A stretch of DNA of 64,000 nucleotides from Candidatus Poribacteria bacterium (GCA_963663765.2 CAXXUA010000015.1:480001-544000), one strand, 5' to 3'; shown: positions 36,179 through 47,282, numbered from the stretch's first letter. Notes: generated from the sequence alone by a model not told the origin. A program made the numbers and translations.

Positions 36179-37264
36179 TCACTGTTTCAACTTTCCCCAG
36201 AGCGTCGTCACTCGGTTCTTATGTTCAACATCAAACGGTACTTCGCTCGTTGTCCAATCAAATAATGACACGCCCCTTCCTTGCATATCCAAAATTTTTA
36301 CCTCAGGCCCACCGTCAAAAGGTATTGCGTAAGTATGATATGAAAAATTTGGCCTGAGAAACGCTCCACCGTAAGCTGTATAAACGATGTGCTCTCCATC
36401 GGGTGACCATTTTAGGTCTAAGAAGTCAAAGTGAGGTGAAAGGTTTCTTATAACCCTCAAAGGACGTATATTACTAACTGAGAAAATACTAATTTCATGT
36501 GCCGGTCCGAAAAACCTATAAGCAAAAGCAAGCTTTTTACCATCCGGTGAAAAGGCAGGCATACTCCCATCTTTGCTTACACGTATAACTTCTCCGGTTT
36601 TGGTCTTGAGAAGAAAAATGCCTTCGGCAGTATCATAAGCGATATGAGCTTTGTCTGACGACAAAACGACGCGGTGTGCCTCAACTTCTTTTATCAATGT
36701 TTCTCTTATAGGCGGCACATCGATTTGTGGTAATTGTGTTATTAATTGTTGTATTTCAGTAAAAATAGAGGTGGTTGGGTTGTCTATTTCATATTTTTGA
36801 AATAGATAGATCCCGCTCATTGGCGGAGGATTTGTGCGAAGTTTACCATCAAGGTCTCTGGCAAGCAGATAGTTTGTGAAGATGACATCTCCGTGTTGTG
36901 AGATGTCAACATCAAGAATCTCATTAAATCGCTGATGTGTTAGGAGTTGTCCTTCCTGATGGATATTATCTGTATCTATAAGATAAATATCAAATGTTAA
37001 ATCCTGCTGATCGTATTCGGTCAGAGTAGCGATATAAGGACCATTCTTTTGAACAGAGAACCCGCGAATATTGTATTCGTGTCTAAATAGCAATCGGGCG
37101 TTACTCACATCTGTCACATCGGTAATCCATAGTTCATTGAGGTTATCAGGATGTCTATAAACAACCTCACCTGTCACTTCGGCATCTATCGTTGCTGGGA
37201 GGAACACACACACACCCAGAAAAAGAATTATGGCAATATATCTCATTTTTTTAGTTTTCCCCAT
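36179..37264 (-). CDS. TolB-like beta-propeller with WGKLK tail
   Basis: PAFSPDGKKLAF, WSPDG; paralog of 7572..8600; start probably at MRYIA. Confidence 0.85.
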   Translation of the reverse strand: MGKTKKMRYIAIILFLGVCVFLPATIDAEVTGEVVYRHPDNLNELWITDVTDVSNARLLFRHEYNIRGFSVQKNGPYIATLTEYDQQDLTFDIYLIDTDNIHQEGQLLTHQRFNEILDVDISQHGDVIFTNYLLARDLDGKLRTNPPPMSGIYLFQKYEIDNPTTSIFTEIQQLITQLPQIDVPPIRETLIKEVEAHRVVLSSDKAHIAYDTAEGIFLLKTKTGEVIRVSKDGSMPAFSPDGKKLAFAYRFFGPAHEISIFSVSNIRPLRVIRNLSPHFDFLDLKWSPDGEHIVYTAYGGAFLRPNFSYHTYAIPFDGGPEVKILDMQGRGVSLFDWTTSEVPFDVEHKNRVTTLWGKLKQ

Positions 37265-38211
37265 AGTGTCGTTAGTCTATTTATAGGTTCAACAGGATAC
37301 GTAGTTGTCTTCCAATAATCAAACATTGGTACACCGTGTTCAAACATATCTAAAATTATTTCGTAGGATCCTCCATCAACAGGAATCGCTATGTTGTTAT
37401 AGGCAGTCCCTTTATTGAAGAGTTTCTTGCCGTATGTTGTATAAACGATATGTCTCCCATCGGGTGACCATTTGAGACCGAGGAATGCCGCGTGAGGCAC
37501 AAAATCTTTTGTAATCTTCAAAGAACGTAAGGTGTCAATTGAGATAATCTCAAGTTCATGTGTGATCCCTAAAAACCTGTGAATAAGTGCAAGATTTTTA
37601 CCATCCGGAGAGAACGCAGGCATACTCGCACCTTTGTTAACTCGGAAGTCCTCCCCAGTATTGATGTTAAGAAGGAAAATACCTTCTGAAGTATCATAAG
37701 ATACATAATTACCGTTTGGTGACCAGACAAGATTATTGGCGTTAACTTTTTTTAACTGTTTTATCTGCGGAATTGTCTTTTTTATTTCGCTTCTTGAAAT
37801 GAGGTAAATACCGCGCGTACGTGCATCCAGATTTTTACCAGTGAATACAATATCTCCGCGTTGCGAAATACTCACATTTAAAATATCAGAATACCTTAAT
37901 TGTGTAAGATTGTGTTCTTCTACAAGAATAGAATTTGTATCAAACAGGTATAATTCAGCTAGCCAAGGTTTGTCTTCACGTGCAGAAACAGTAGCAATAT
38001 AAGCACCGTTTTTTTGAACTGAGAGTCCATATATCGCTTGTTTCATTTCAAAAAGTAGACGCGGGTTATTTGTATCATTAAAATCAACGATCCATAATTC
38101 GTTGGTATTGTCTGGATGAACAAAAACTACCTCACCATTAACTTTCGCTTGCGTTGTAAGCGGAAAGAGAACAATCAACCAAAGATATAAAGTTGTGAGT
38201 AGACATTTCAT
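37243..38211 (-). CDS. TolB-like beta-propeller with WGKLK tail
   Basis: GEVVF....NELWI, PAFSPDGK, PVEPINRLTTLWGKLKK. Confidence 0.85.
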   Translation of the reverse strand: MKCLLTTLYLWLIVLFPLTTQAKVNGEVVFVHPDNTNELWIVDFNDTNNPRLLFEMKQAIYGLSVQKNGAYIATVSAREDKPWLAELYLFDTNSILVEEHNLTQLRYSDILNVSISQRGDIVFTGKNLDARTRGIYLISRSEIKKTIPQIKQLKKVNANNLVWSPNGNYVSYDTSEGIFLLNINTGEDFRVNKGASMPAFSPDGKNLALIHRFLGITHELEIISIDTLRSLKITKDFVPHAAFLGLKWSPDGRHIVYTTYGKKLFNKGTAYNNIAIPVDGGSYEIILDMFEHGVPMFDYWKTTTYPVEPINRLTTLWGKLKK

Positions 38212-38219
38212 GATTACAC

Positions 38220-38735
38220 CTATTTTTCTAAATGAACTTTCGTTGGGTTTTCCATTTCCATTGGGAATTCACCTAAATCAGTTATCTTGTCGGCTGAAAA
38301 ATCGGACGGTTTAGGTAACGGATAAGGTGGTTTACCAAAACTATAACGAACTTTTATTTCTGGTTGGTCAATACGTTGTAGGAAGTTTAGTTCCTTGTCA
38401 AGTTTATCAAGTTGCGTTTTCAATGTTGCAATATCATCTGTAATAACTTGTATCCGACTCTTTTCAGCATCTGTTAACGGACGCGGGTCTGGGTTGGTCC
38501 AAACACCTGTCGCTTGATAGGAAAGTTTCGGATTGATTTTCCAAACCTTTCCGCCAATTGTCACCTCTGTGGTCAACTCCTTATTTTCATCATTATGGTC
38601 TTTATTTTCTTCCTGTTGAGTTGGTGTAGATGTGGACGTAGTGTCTCTATTTTGTTCACATCCTATCTGCGATAAGATGACTATTGATAGTGTGAAAAAA
38701 CAGATGAAACGAATATTACACATAATATACCTCAT
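38220..38735 (-). CDS. Lipoprotein, paralog of 7090..7563 (cassette gene B)
   Basis: QIGC lipobox-like; shared GGKVWK and LSYQATGVWTNP blocks. Confidence 0.82.
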   Translation of the reverse strand: MRYIMCNIRFICFFTLSIVILSQIGCEQNRDTTSTSTPTQQEENKDHNDENKELTTEVTIGGKVWKINPKLSYQATGVWTNPDPRPLTDAEKSRIQVITDDIATLKTQLDKLDKELNFLQRIDQPEIKVRYSFGKPPYPLPKPSDFSADKITDLGEFPMEMENPTKVHLEK

Positions 38736-38834
38736 ATCATTTATAATTTGAACTAAAATAGTAACTTACAATCTATGAAACTATGTTGTGGATGGGACAA
38801 CATGCCCCATCCTGTTTACAGCATAACATTAGAA

Positions 38835-39416
38835 TTAAATACCTGATGCATTAATTCTGACATTCACTCGAACACCTTGAATTCCCAATGCTGCAGAAGT
38901 AGATGCAGATCCATTGCCAGCATCGTCAAAATCAATGGTATGCTGATCCCACGCCATCATCCAATCGGGATCATTTCCTCCTAATGCTGCATCACCAGGA
39001 CCACGAGCATGATTTACTTGTGGTCTACCGGGCAACCGAACCCATGCATTTCCACGACCCTGCTCAGCGTCTACGAGTGTGCTTAACGCTAAAGCCCAAT
39101 AATTAACTTCCCAATTCTCATCCGCATCTTCGGTGATATCCGCACCGCCTGCGACAGCAACGGATCCAAGTGTATTCCCATCATCATCAAGACGATCTAC
39201 TTGTAACCAAACTAATGCGTTCTTATTAATCAAATCTACATCCCAACCTTGGACGACATTTTCATAGGGACCCCCTTTTATAAATTCAAGCTCAACGCCC
39301 CCTCCCGGATTGACAATTTCTCCGATGGCATTATTGAGAATGATGTTACCGAAAACGAATGCCCCTACGAACATTAACGCTATGATTATGCTGTTTCTGA
39401 ATTTCCTATTTTGCAT
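38835..39416 (-). CDS. Secreted protein, distant paralog of 6449..7090 (cassette gene A)
   Basis: Start MQNRKF after AAGGAG; similar signal (FVGAFVFGNIILNNA), DDDGN motif, YWA.A, WV..PG. Confidence 0.8.
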   Translation of the reverse strand: MQNRKFRNSIIIALMFVGAFVFGNIILNNAIGEIVNPGGGVELEFIKGGPYENVVQGWDVDLINKNALVWLQVDRLDDDGNTLGSVAVAGGADITEDADENWEVNYWALALSTLVDAEQGRGNAWVRLPGRPQVNHARGPGDAALGGNDPDWMMAWDQHTIDFDDAGNGSASTSAALGIQGVRVNVRINASGI

Positions 39417-39642
39417 GTTAGTTCTCCTTTTGTTATCCAAGTCTCAATTTGCGAAATATAAAGCAAGCAAAGTGTTAACTTTTTATTGCTTATTTTTACA
39501 AATTGCGACTCAGGTCTACTCATATAAAACAAATATCAGCTTTAAACTATTATTTCAGAACTGAAAGTACCAACTAAAATGAACACTATAAAAACGGTAA
39601 CCTTCCAAAACAAATTGATAGTGACATAATAGCATTTTCTCT

Positions 39643-40044
39643 TTTCATAATTAAAGACACAGTTTAATCTCAAAAGGGTGCATAATACGCAAAAAGTTAA
39701 CATTACAAGACTTACGCGTTTCCCCCTTGATAAGGAGTAGAGGGTTAAAAGATATTATTTTGGTGTTTTAAACCCTTTTATCAGTGGGACTTTAAGAATA
39801 AATGCGTAAACCCCGCATCATTTATAGTAAATTATGGAATTAATTACACGCTTGCACAGGTAGGAGCGACCCGGGGAATGCCATTGGGCGAATGCGCGTA
39901 TGGCATTCCCCATGATTCATACCCTTTATTTGGAGGTCGCTCCTACCAAATAAATGAATAGGATACTGTCATGACAGCCAATTTTCACCATATTTTGCGT
40001 ATTATGCACCCTTTTGAGATTAAACTGTGTCTTTAATTATGAAA
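39643..40044. promoter_or_regulatory. Pair of back-to-back island motifs forming a ~52-bp perfect inverted repeat
   Basis: 39643-39694 is the reverse complement of 39993-40044 (TTTTGCGTATTATGCACCCTTTTGAGATTAAACTGTGTCTTTAATTATGAAA). Confidence 0.85.
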
Positions 40045-40146
40045 TGACTTTATGTCTTGTTATTTAGGAAACACATGTTAACAATCGTCACATACAGGTT
40101 GTTTTTCAATTTATATTTGGATACATTTTTACAAACAAAAAATCAA

Positions 40147-40692
40147 ATGAAGAACCAACACAAAGTATTTATCAACTTCTGCCATACTGAAGATCGGCAG
40201 TATCAGGAACGATTTGAAGAATTGTTTTTAGATGTCTACGGCATCATAGTGTCAAGGTCTATCAAAATAGGAGACTTTGATAGTACGACATTCTCAACAG
40301 AACGCATTCGTCAGCACATACGGGATAAATATCTCCGAGATTCCACAGTGACAGTCGTGTTGATCGGTGCTAATACATGGCATCAGAAATCTGTAGACTG
40401 GGGGATCAGCTCCAGTATACGTCAAACAGAATACAACACCCGCTCTGGACTTTTAGGGATTTTGTTACCAACATATCCAAGACCCCCCGGTAAACACTAC
40501 GATCCCCGCACAATCTCGCCAAGACTATACGATAACGTCGCATGTGGATTTTCCAAAATCTACAGTTGGAACGAGGAACCTTATACCGTCCTGTCCTGGA
40601 TACATTATGCTCACATACGGAGAACAGAAATACTGCCTAACAACTCACGTGCTCCGTTAACAAATAACTTGTCGGGCGAAAGGTGGAACTAA
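40147..40692 (+). CDS. ThsB-like TIR protein, second copy (also E>G)
   Basis: Near-identical to 32484..33029. Confidence 0.85.
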   Translation: MKNQHKVFINFCHTEDRQYQERFEELFLDVYGIIVSRSIKIGDFDSTTFSTERIRQHIRDKYLRDSTVTVVLIGANTWHQKSVDWGISSSIRQTEYNTRSGLLGILLPTYPRPPGKHYDPRTISPRLYDNVACGFSKIYSWNEEPYTVLSWIHYAHIRRTEILPNNSRAPLTNNLSGERWN

Positions 40693-40797
40693 ATTGAATG
40701 TGCGATACGCGCACGTGTGTCATCGCAGCACATGTGCGCGTATCACACATGTGAACAACTATAGTTTTTTGACACATTTCCAATTGTTTTCACATCA

Positions 40798-40825
40798 TAC
40801 ACCCTTTCCGACATAATACTGTGTC
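40798..40825 (+). promoter_or_regulatory. Island motif variant
   Basis: TACACCCTTTC-CGACATAATA-CTGTGTC. Confidence 0.55.
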
Positions 40826-40941
40826 TTTGAATTGTGAAAGGTGTCATATATCGCTATTGCGGGAATCTATTTCACATATTTGGCGTTAAACCCTAAATTT
40901 AATTAGGAACTCAAACTTGTACTGATATTGGAGGTAATCAA

Positions 40942-41280
40942 ATGACAAAATTAGGAGACGAAATTTTTGTAGGTGCTTCTGGAAAGAAATACAACTTTAT
41001 AGTTTATTCCACGGATACAAAATTCAACGACGTTGGAGCTGTATATATTTTCAAGAAACGTTATCGGAAGTCCGACGGTAGTTACAAATATACACCTCTG
41101 TACATTGGTCAAACTAATTCACTTAAAGATAGAATACCATCACACGAAGAGTGGCCCTGCGTAAGGAGGCACGGAGTCAATTCTATCTGTATACATCTTG
41201 ATGAGAGCAAATCCTCTCGTTTAGTGAAAGAGAAAGACTTGATTGATAGAGGAAGTTCACCTCCTCCATGCAACGATTAG
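40942..41280 (+). CDS. Small GIY-YIG-like nuclease-family protein
   Basis: GAVYIF...LYIGQT.SLKDRI..H and late E.DLI; GGAGG RBS. Confidence 0.7.
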   Translation: MTKLGDEIFVGASGKKYNFIVYSTDTKFNDVGAVYIFKKRYRKSDGSYKYTPLYIGQTNSLKDRIPSHEEWPCVRRHGVNSICIHLDESKSSRLVKEKDLIDRGSSPPPCND

Positions 41281-41325
41281 TGATAGTCATTCACCATAAA
41301 CAGAAAAAGAGTTTACAAATCGTAT

Positions 41326-41845
41326 CTAGTGTTTAGTCAACATACTATTGTAGGTCACGATTCGGAGATCGCTCCTACAGAAATCTTGTGTATTGTGTGT
41401 ATTGTAGGAGGGAACTCCGATTCCCGACTTCTTTTTAGACCCATCAATAAACACGTGACTAAGCACTAGTGTTTAGTCAACATACTATTGTAGGTTGAGA
41501 TTCGGAGATCGCTCCTACAGAAGTCTTGTGTATTGTGTGTATTGTAGGAGGGAACTCCGATTCCCGACTTCTTTTTAGACCCATCAATAAACACGTGACT
41601 AAGCACTAGTGTTTAGTCAACATACTATTGTAGGTTGAGATTCGGAGATCGCTCCTACAGAAGTCTTGTGTATTGTGTGTATTGTAGGAGGGAACTCCGA
41701 TTCCCGACTATCAAGGCGTTCAGTCGAGATTCGGAGATTGCTCCTACAGAAGTCTGGTGTATTGTGTATTGTGTGTATTGTAGGAGGGAACTCCGATTCC
41801 CGACTACTTTTTAGACCCATCAATAAACACTTGACTAAGTGGTTC
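41326..41845 (+). repeat. Tandem 140-bp MITE/REPIN units with CTAGTG-TTAGTC ends
   Basis: Units start at 41326, 41466, 41606 (third is expanded); contain GTAGG...CTCCTAC hairpins. Confidence 0.85.
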
Positions 41846-42823
41846 ACTCTTTAAGTATTTACGATATATCTTCAATTGATGATCTACTGCTTAAACAGAT
41901 GACTACTGGGTTCTTCAGCATTGAACTTTTATTTTATGCTAAAATTAATTGCCGAAAGAACCACTAAGCACTAATATATACGAGTTGTGCTAAATGACTT
42001 TATGTAAACCATTGTTTCACATAAGCATAACGTTTTGCAGGTGTCCCTAATTGCAGGTGTCCCTAATAGGTTGAAACGATCTTCAGTCCTGTAGGGACTA
42101 AATGTTTATATATCATACCCAATATATGTAAATTTAGTATAAACATTTAGTTAACTGGCACAAATCAGGATATTGCTCAATTTACGTTAAATTACTAATT
42201 GGTAAAATTGGTAATTTTTTCTTCGGAAAAACCCAGTCATAGACAAGAGTCGTGTACAGAAAAAATTACCAATTGCCTGAAAGTAGCGACTTGTACTAAA
42301 TAACTATTTATTAAACATTACTTCACATAGACAAGAGGATTTAACCGTCCTTCTTTTGCTTTGGATGATCTTTAGTCCCGTAGGGACGAAATGTTATATA
42401 CCATACCCAATATATGTGAATTTAGTATAAACATTTAGTTAACTGGCACAAGTCGTTAAATTAGGTAATTCTATCTAACTCACCTTGGTAGGCGGGGAAT
42501 GCATACCGTGTGAGAAATATTTATTACCGATTTAATATTTAATAATTTAATCTTCATTTAAGCGCGCTGGAAACCTAAAATATGCTGATAATTACATCAT
42601 TTTTAACATACTTCTTGATTAAATCAAGAAAACTACGTAAGTCCCGTATTCATAAAGTACAAGACGCGAAATGACAGAATTGAGAAAATTACATTCCATT
42701 ACCATATTGAGTATGATATAATAACACAAGTTGCTAACTACAAAGTCTTAACTTGGAAACACTATCTATAATCAAATAAAGCTGATAATTAGCTTATATA
42801 TTGTAGGGCAAACTTAGGTTATA

Positions 42824-43970
42824 ATACCATTTCCAATAGATTTATTCTCATTATTATTGTATAATATTTGACAAATTTTATTTAGAGAAAGGTAGTTTTC
42901 TATGAACAAAAAAGTTCCTGATATTACAGAAAGTGTTAAAGAACTAAAATCCCTCATGAGCACCGCTAAGGATACGACTGAAAAAGACAAAATTCGTATG
43001 CTCTATCTACTAAAAAGCGGTGAAGCGAAAAATCGTATAGGTGTAGCCGCTTTGCTCGGTATGTGCCGAGAAACGATTGGCCAATGGTTATCCAAGTATG
43101 AAGCAAGGGGACTTGAGCAGTTGTTAGAACGCCGTTATGCTCCGGGACGCAAACCCTTTATGACACCCGATCAACTTGAGACACTCCGAGAAAAATTGAA
43201 CGAACCAGAAGGTTTTAGCAGTTATGTTGAGATCCACCGATATGTCATTGAGACGTTTGGAGTTGAGATAAGTTATCAGGCGATTTATGCACTGGTGCAT
43301 GATAGATGGCATGCGAAACTCAAAGTGCCACGCAAAAGTCATATAAAAAAAACGCCGATGCAGCAGATGAGTTCGTAAAGAACTTTTCATCAGAAGTATT
43401 CTCTGCTATTTCAGAAAAGCGTTCCACTGGTCAGCGTGTTCGCCTTTTCTGTGAAGATGAAACCAGATATGGCACTTTATCGGACACTCATAGACGGATT
43501 ACCGCACGGGGTGTCAAACCTGTTGCCAAAATAGATTATACTTATGAGGCAGTTTATCTATATGGAGCTGTTGAACCCCTTACGGGCAAAGGGTGTTTTC
43601 TTGAACTCCCTTATCTGAATGCAGCCTGTTTCCAGATCTTTATAGACCATCTCAGTGAGACTTTTCCCGATACCCTAAATGTGGTGATCCTTGATAATGG
43701 TCGGTTCCATCACGCAAAAGCGTTGAAAGTGCCTGAAAACGTTGTCCTACACTTTCTACCTCCTTATTGTCCGGAATTGAACCCGATTGAGCGTCTGTGG
43801 CAAGATATCAAAGCAAAGTTATTTAGCAAAACATATCAAACCTTGAAACACATGCAAGAAAGCATCACACACATACTATCTGATTATTCTAACGATGTCA
43901 TCGCAAAAATCACAGGGTTCTCGTATTTTATAAAAACTGCTAATGAGATATAATCAATTAGAATTGGTAT
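42824..43970 (+). mobile_element. IS630-family insertion sequence
   Basis: Imperfect IRs ATACCATTTCCAATAGATT / AATCAATTAGAATTGGTAT; two overlapping transposase ORFs. Confidence 0.88.
42902..43953 (+). CDS. IS630 transposase, -1 frameshift at A8 (43345-43352)
   Basis: HTH ORF 42902..43378 plus DDE ORF (FCEDETR, ILDNGRFH, LPPYCPELNPIERLW). Confidence 0.9.
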
Positions 43971-43979
43971 AACATTACT

Positions 43980-44597
43980 ATGAGTATGTTTCGTGAACAC
44001 TGGATTGGTGGTTTGACCGCTTACAGTGCTTTCTTTATTATATCGCTTATAGTAACAATTGCCATTTCTGTTGTTTACAGTAAACCGTTTGATTGGAATC
44101 CAACGATTTCATTGGAACCCCTTCAAGTCCTTGGATGCTTCATTGTTTCGTTGCTATTTGGCTTATGGCCGGATGTAGATATAAAAAGCAAAAGCCAAAA
44201 GATATTTTATACTGTCCTATTTGTCTTAAATGCGTTGCTTATTGTTGTTTTTCAAATGTACTTATTAGCATCAATTATAGGTTGCTTAGCCATGCTTCCT
44301 ATTTTAAGTAAGCATCGTGGTTGGACTCATTCAAAAATTACAATGTTCCTGCTCCCAAGTCTTTTTCTTGTGATTCCAATATATGTGAATTATCCTGATT
44401 GGGGTGAAAGATGGGAAACATTACCAGATTTATATGAATCTTTACTGACATGGGAGCACCTTCCTAATAGACTTCGCATTGGTTTTCCGTATTATCTTGC
44501 TGGTCTGATTGGTTATGCGTCACATCTCTATCTTGATGGCATCTTGTTCCGTTCACGTAAAGCCCAACAGCGGAAAGTACGGTCGAACAGGTCATAG
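43980..44597 (+). CDS. Membrane-bound metal-dependent hydrolase (YdjM/DUF457-like)
   Basis: H near N-terminus, WPDVD, HRGWTHS, SHLYLD. Confidence 0.85.
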   Translation: MSMFREHWIGGLTAYSAFFIISLIVTIAISVVYSKPFDWNPTISLEPLQVLGCFIVSLLFGLWPDVDIKSKSQKIFYTVLFVLNALLIVVFQMYLLASIIGCLAMLPILSKHRGWTHSKITMFLLPSLFLVIPIYVNYPDWGERWETLPDLYESLLTWEHLPNRLRIGFPYYLAGLIGYASHLYLDGILFRSRKAQQRKVRSNRS

Positions 44598-44700
44598 CAC
44601 CCACTACCTAAAGGTAGGGGCTTGTGCTTCGTAGCAGTTAGCCTTATTTCTAAGGTCTTACATCTGCTCCACAACGGGATCATAAGCAGCCCGCAAGATA
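44571..44700 (-). ncRNA. TnpB omegaRNA / transposon right end
   Basis: 3' of tnpB: GCCCCTACCTTTAGGTAGTGGGTGCTATGAC hairpin ending at 44591, then candidate guide CTGTTCGACCGTACTTTCCG; 5' boundary approximate. Confidence 0.65.
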
Positions 44701-45779
44701 TTGATAGCAGCGTTTATGTCTCTATCGTGTTCAGCATTGCAGTTTTGACATATCCACTGTCTATCATTGAGACAAAGGTTTTTATTAGAGTGTCCGCAGG
44801 TGCTACATGTTTTTGTTGTAGGTGTCCATTGCCGGACTTGAAGGAAAGTTTTAGTATGTTTGAAACACTTGAATTCCAACACTTGAATAAACTGATAAAA
44901 CGCAAGGTCACTAATTTTTCGTCCCCAGAGTCGCTTCATACCATCAAGGTTCAACGTTTCAGTGACGATAGTATCAAAACGTCTGCAAAGGTCTGTAGCG
45001 ATTTTCCATTGCCAATCAAGCCGTTGGTTATTGATTTTGATGTGGAGCCTTGCGAGTATTCTGATAGCACGATACCAGTTATTAGAACCTTTGATTTTAC
45101 GGCTCACGGCTTTATTCAGTTTGCGGAGGTGTTTCAAGGATTTTCTCAAGAATTCAGGTGCGGTTATTTTTTCACCATTACTCAAAGTCAAAAATGTTTT
45201 CAGTCCGAAGTCTATACCCACGCTCTCACCTGTTTGTTGCATAGGTTCGGTAGAAGTATCATCTGTGACGATATAAAGCCAGTATTCACCAGCACTATCA
45301 CGGAGTATCTGGATATAGCGGACATTTCCGTGCCAGTGTCGGTGTTGGTAAAAAGAAAACCTGCGTTTGTCAAACTTCAGAGATTGTGTGGGTTCGTCCC
45401 ACGATTTAAAGGAGATACGCACACGTCCATTTTCAAGTTTATAGCCTGTTTGGAATTTGGCAGAACGATAACGATGTTTGCGCTTGAATTTAGGAAGTCC
45501 GCCTTGACACGCAAAGAAACGTTGGTATGCGTCATGGATACGGATAATCGCAGCATCCAAAGTGTCACGTGGTATCCATGCCCAGTGTTTTTTAGTCCGT
45601 TTCAACAACTTGGTAAGATGCGGTTGGAGTCTATACCTGCCAGCATATTTACCATATCTGCGGTAATAACGTTTTTCCAAACGAAGAAAGTGGTTGTGGA
45701 CATCAGCGAGATCGTCAAGCAGGTTGCCCAAGCGTTTGTTTTTAGAATGGTTGCGTATCTTATATTTATAGGTTCGCAT
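44658..45779 (-). CDS. tnpB: RNA-guided endonuclease TnpB (IS605/IS1341 type)
   Basis: RTYKYKI start, GIDFGL, VTETLN, CSTC/CQNC zinc finger, HDRDINAAINI. Confidence 0.93.
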   Translation of the reverse strand: MRTYKYKIRNHSKNKRLGNLLDDLADVHNHFLRLEKRYYRRYGKYAGRYRLQPHLTKLLKRTKKHWAWIPRDTLDAAIIRIHDAYQRFFACQGGLPKFKRKHRYRSAKFQTGYKLENGRVRISFKSWDEPTQSLKFDKRRFSFYQHRHWHGNVRYIQILRDSAGEYWLYIVTDDTSTEPMQQTGESVGIDFGLKTFLTLSNGEKITAPEFLRKSLKHLRKLNKAVSRKIKGSNNWYRAIRILARLHIKINNQRLDWQWKIATDLCRRFDTIVTETLNLDGMKRLWGRKISDLAFYQFIQVLEFKCFKHTKTFLQVRQWTPTTKTCSTCGHSNKNLCLNDRQWICQNCNAEHDRDINAAINILRAAYDPVVEQM

Positions 45780-45920
45780 AGTTTACTCCAGCATAGTTCC
45801 CAATACGATTTGGTTGTGGTAGAGACCACGTCAGGAGACGTGGATCGTATTCTCTACCACCTATGCTGATAGTAGTTTAAGATATTGACATATATTTGTC
45901 AAGAAAAAAGAGCGGGCAGG

Positions 45921-47235
45921 CAGGGTTATTTAGTTTTAGGAGTTTTGGTTGTTTTTTATCACAATCGTTAATATTTTTGGATATGCAGATATAGCGTGAT
46001 TTATCGCGCTATATCTGCTATACTTCACCTAAAAAATCTTACCTTTGAGGTGAAAAATGCCAGAGAAAAACTCTCGACACTTGTTAGATAGATTAGCAGA
46101 AATCCAAGACCCGCGCAACAATAAAGGAAAACGACACCCATTGAAATCAATCATCGGACTTAACATTATTGGTTTTATGACTGGACATAAAGGATATACA
46201 TCCATCGCAACTTGGGCCCGAACCCAACCAGACCTCGCAAGAACACTCGGTTTTACACATAAGAAAACACCTTGTCCCGCAACAATACATAATGTTCTAA
46301 AAGATTTAGATGCTGATGCTGTTGAAAAGACATTTACAGACTGGGTAGAAGACGTTTGTCAAAGTCGACCTGATTTAGAAGGTTGTCTTGACGCAGTCGC
46401 TATAGACGGTAAAACGATGCGTGCCAGTAAGAAAAGTGGTGCGACAATAAGCCATTTACTCTCTGTTGTGTCTCATGAGTTAGGCGTCACACTTACACAA
46501 AAAGGTGTCAGTGATAAAACCAACGAAATACCGATCTCAACAGAGATCCTCAAAAACTTTGATGTGAGTGGTAAAGTCATCACAACAGACGCACTTTTGA
46601 CACAGCGACCATTCTGCCACGCCATCATAGAGGGTAATGGAGACTATGTGCTCCCTGTCAAAAAGAACCAACCGGACCTTTACGATGAGATCCAAAAACT
46701 CTTTCAAGACGTTCCAGACACGCTTTCTGATAACACACCACATCCTAAATTGGGAGCCCCTATTTACACTCACGAGACTTCTGAAAAATCACATGGTAGA
46801 ATAGAGACAAGGTGTTTGAAAGCAAGCACAAGTCTCAACGCATATCTGGATTGGCCAGGTATAGCACAAGTGTTCCAATATCGTTATACTTACAAAAATA
46901 CGAAAACAGGAGAAGAAAAAACCAAAATCCATTATGGTATTACAAGTCTGACACCCGAAGAAACTTCTGCCCAACGTTTACTTGAGCTACGCCGTGGGCA
47001 TTGGTCAATAGAGAACAAGTCGCATTGGATGCGTGATACACAACTTGGAGAAGACGCATCGTCTGTCCGATGCGGTGCTATTCCACAAATCATGGCTGCT
47101 TTGCGAAATACAGCATTAGCAGTGTTGCGATTTGCTGGGATAACGCGTATAGCAGATGAGATAAAATACTTAGCTTCAAAACCTAAACTCGCAGTTAACT
47201 TGATAACTGAGAGTTTTTAAAACTAAATAACCCTG
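45921..47235 (+). mobile_element. ISAs1-family insertion sequence with 9-bp TSD
   Basis: IRs CAGGGTTATTTAGTTTTA; GCGGGCAGG at 45912-45920 and 47236-47244. Confidence 0.95.
46057..47220 (+). CDS. ISAs1 transposase
   Basis: DPR..KGKRHPL, AIDGKT.R, KTNEI, TDAL..Q, VKKNQ, HGRIE.R, HWSIEN..HW.RD..LGED. Confidence 0.95.
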   Translation: MPEKNSRHLLDRLAEIQDPRNNKGKRHPLKSIIGLNIIGFMTGHKGYTSIATWARTQPDLARTLGFTHKKTPCPATIHNVLKDLDADAVEKTFTDWVEDVCQSRPDLEGCLDAVAIDGKTMRASKKSGATISHLLSVVSHELGVTLTQKGVSDKTNEIPISTEILKNFDVSGKVITTDALLTQRPFCHAIIEGNGDYVLPVKKNQPDLYDEIQKLFQDVPDTLSDNTPHPKLGAPIYTHETSEKSHGRIETRCLKASTSLNAYLDWPGIAQVFQYRYTYKNTKTGEEKTKIHYGITSLTPEETSAQRLLELRRGHWSIENKSHWMRDTQLGEDASSVRCGAIPQIMAALRNTALAVLRFAGITRIADEIKYLASKPKLAVNLITESF

Positions 47236-47282
47236 GCGGGCAGGAGACCCAAACCTAAAGGATTGGGTCTCCTGCCCGAAGA

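Noticed and set aside
5092-40825. Integron cassette array as explanation of the island
   Set aside because: No integrase; the recurring motif is non-palindromic and lies 5' of genes, unlike attC sites
42712-42730. Partial match to the orphan omegaRNA guide (ATGATATA..ACACAAG)
   Set aside because: Gapped, AT-rich and short; compatible with chance
44622-45869. 415-aa plus-strand ORF
   Set aside because: Antisense shadow of tnpB with no recognisable motifs
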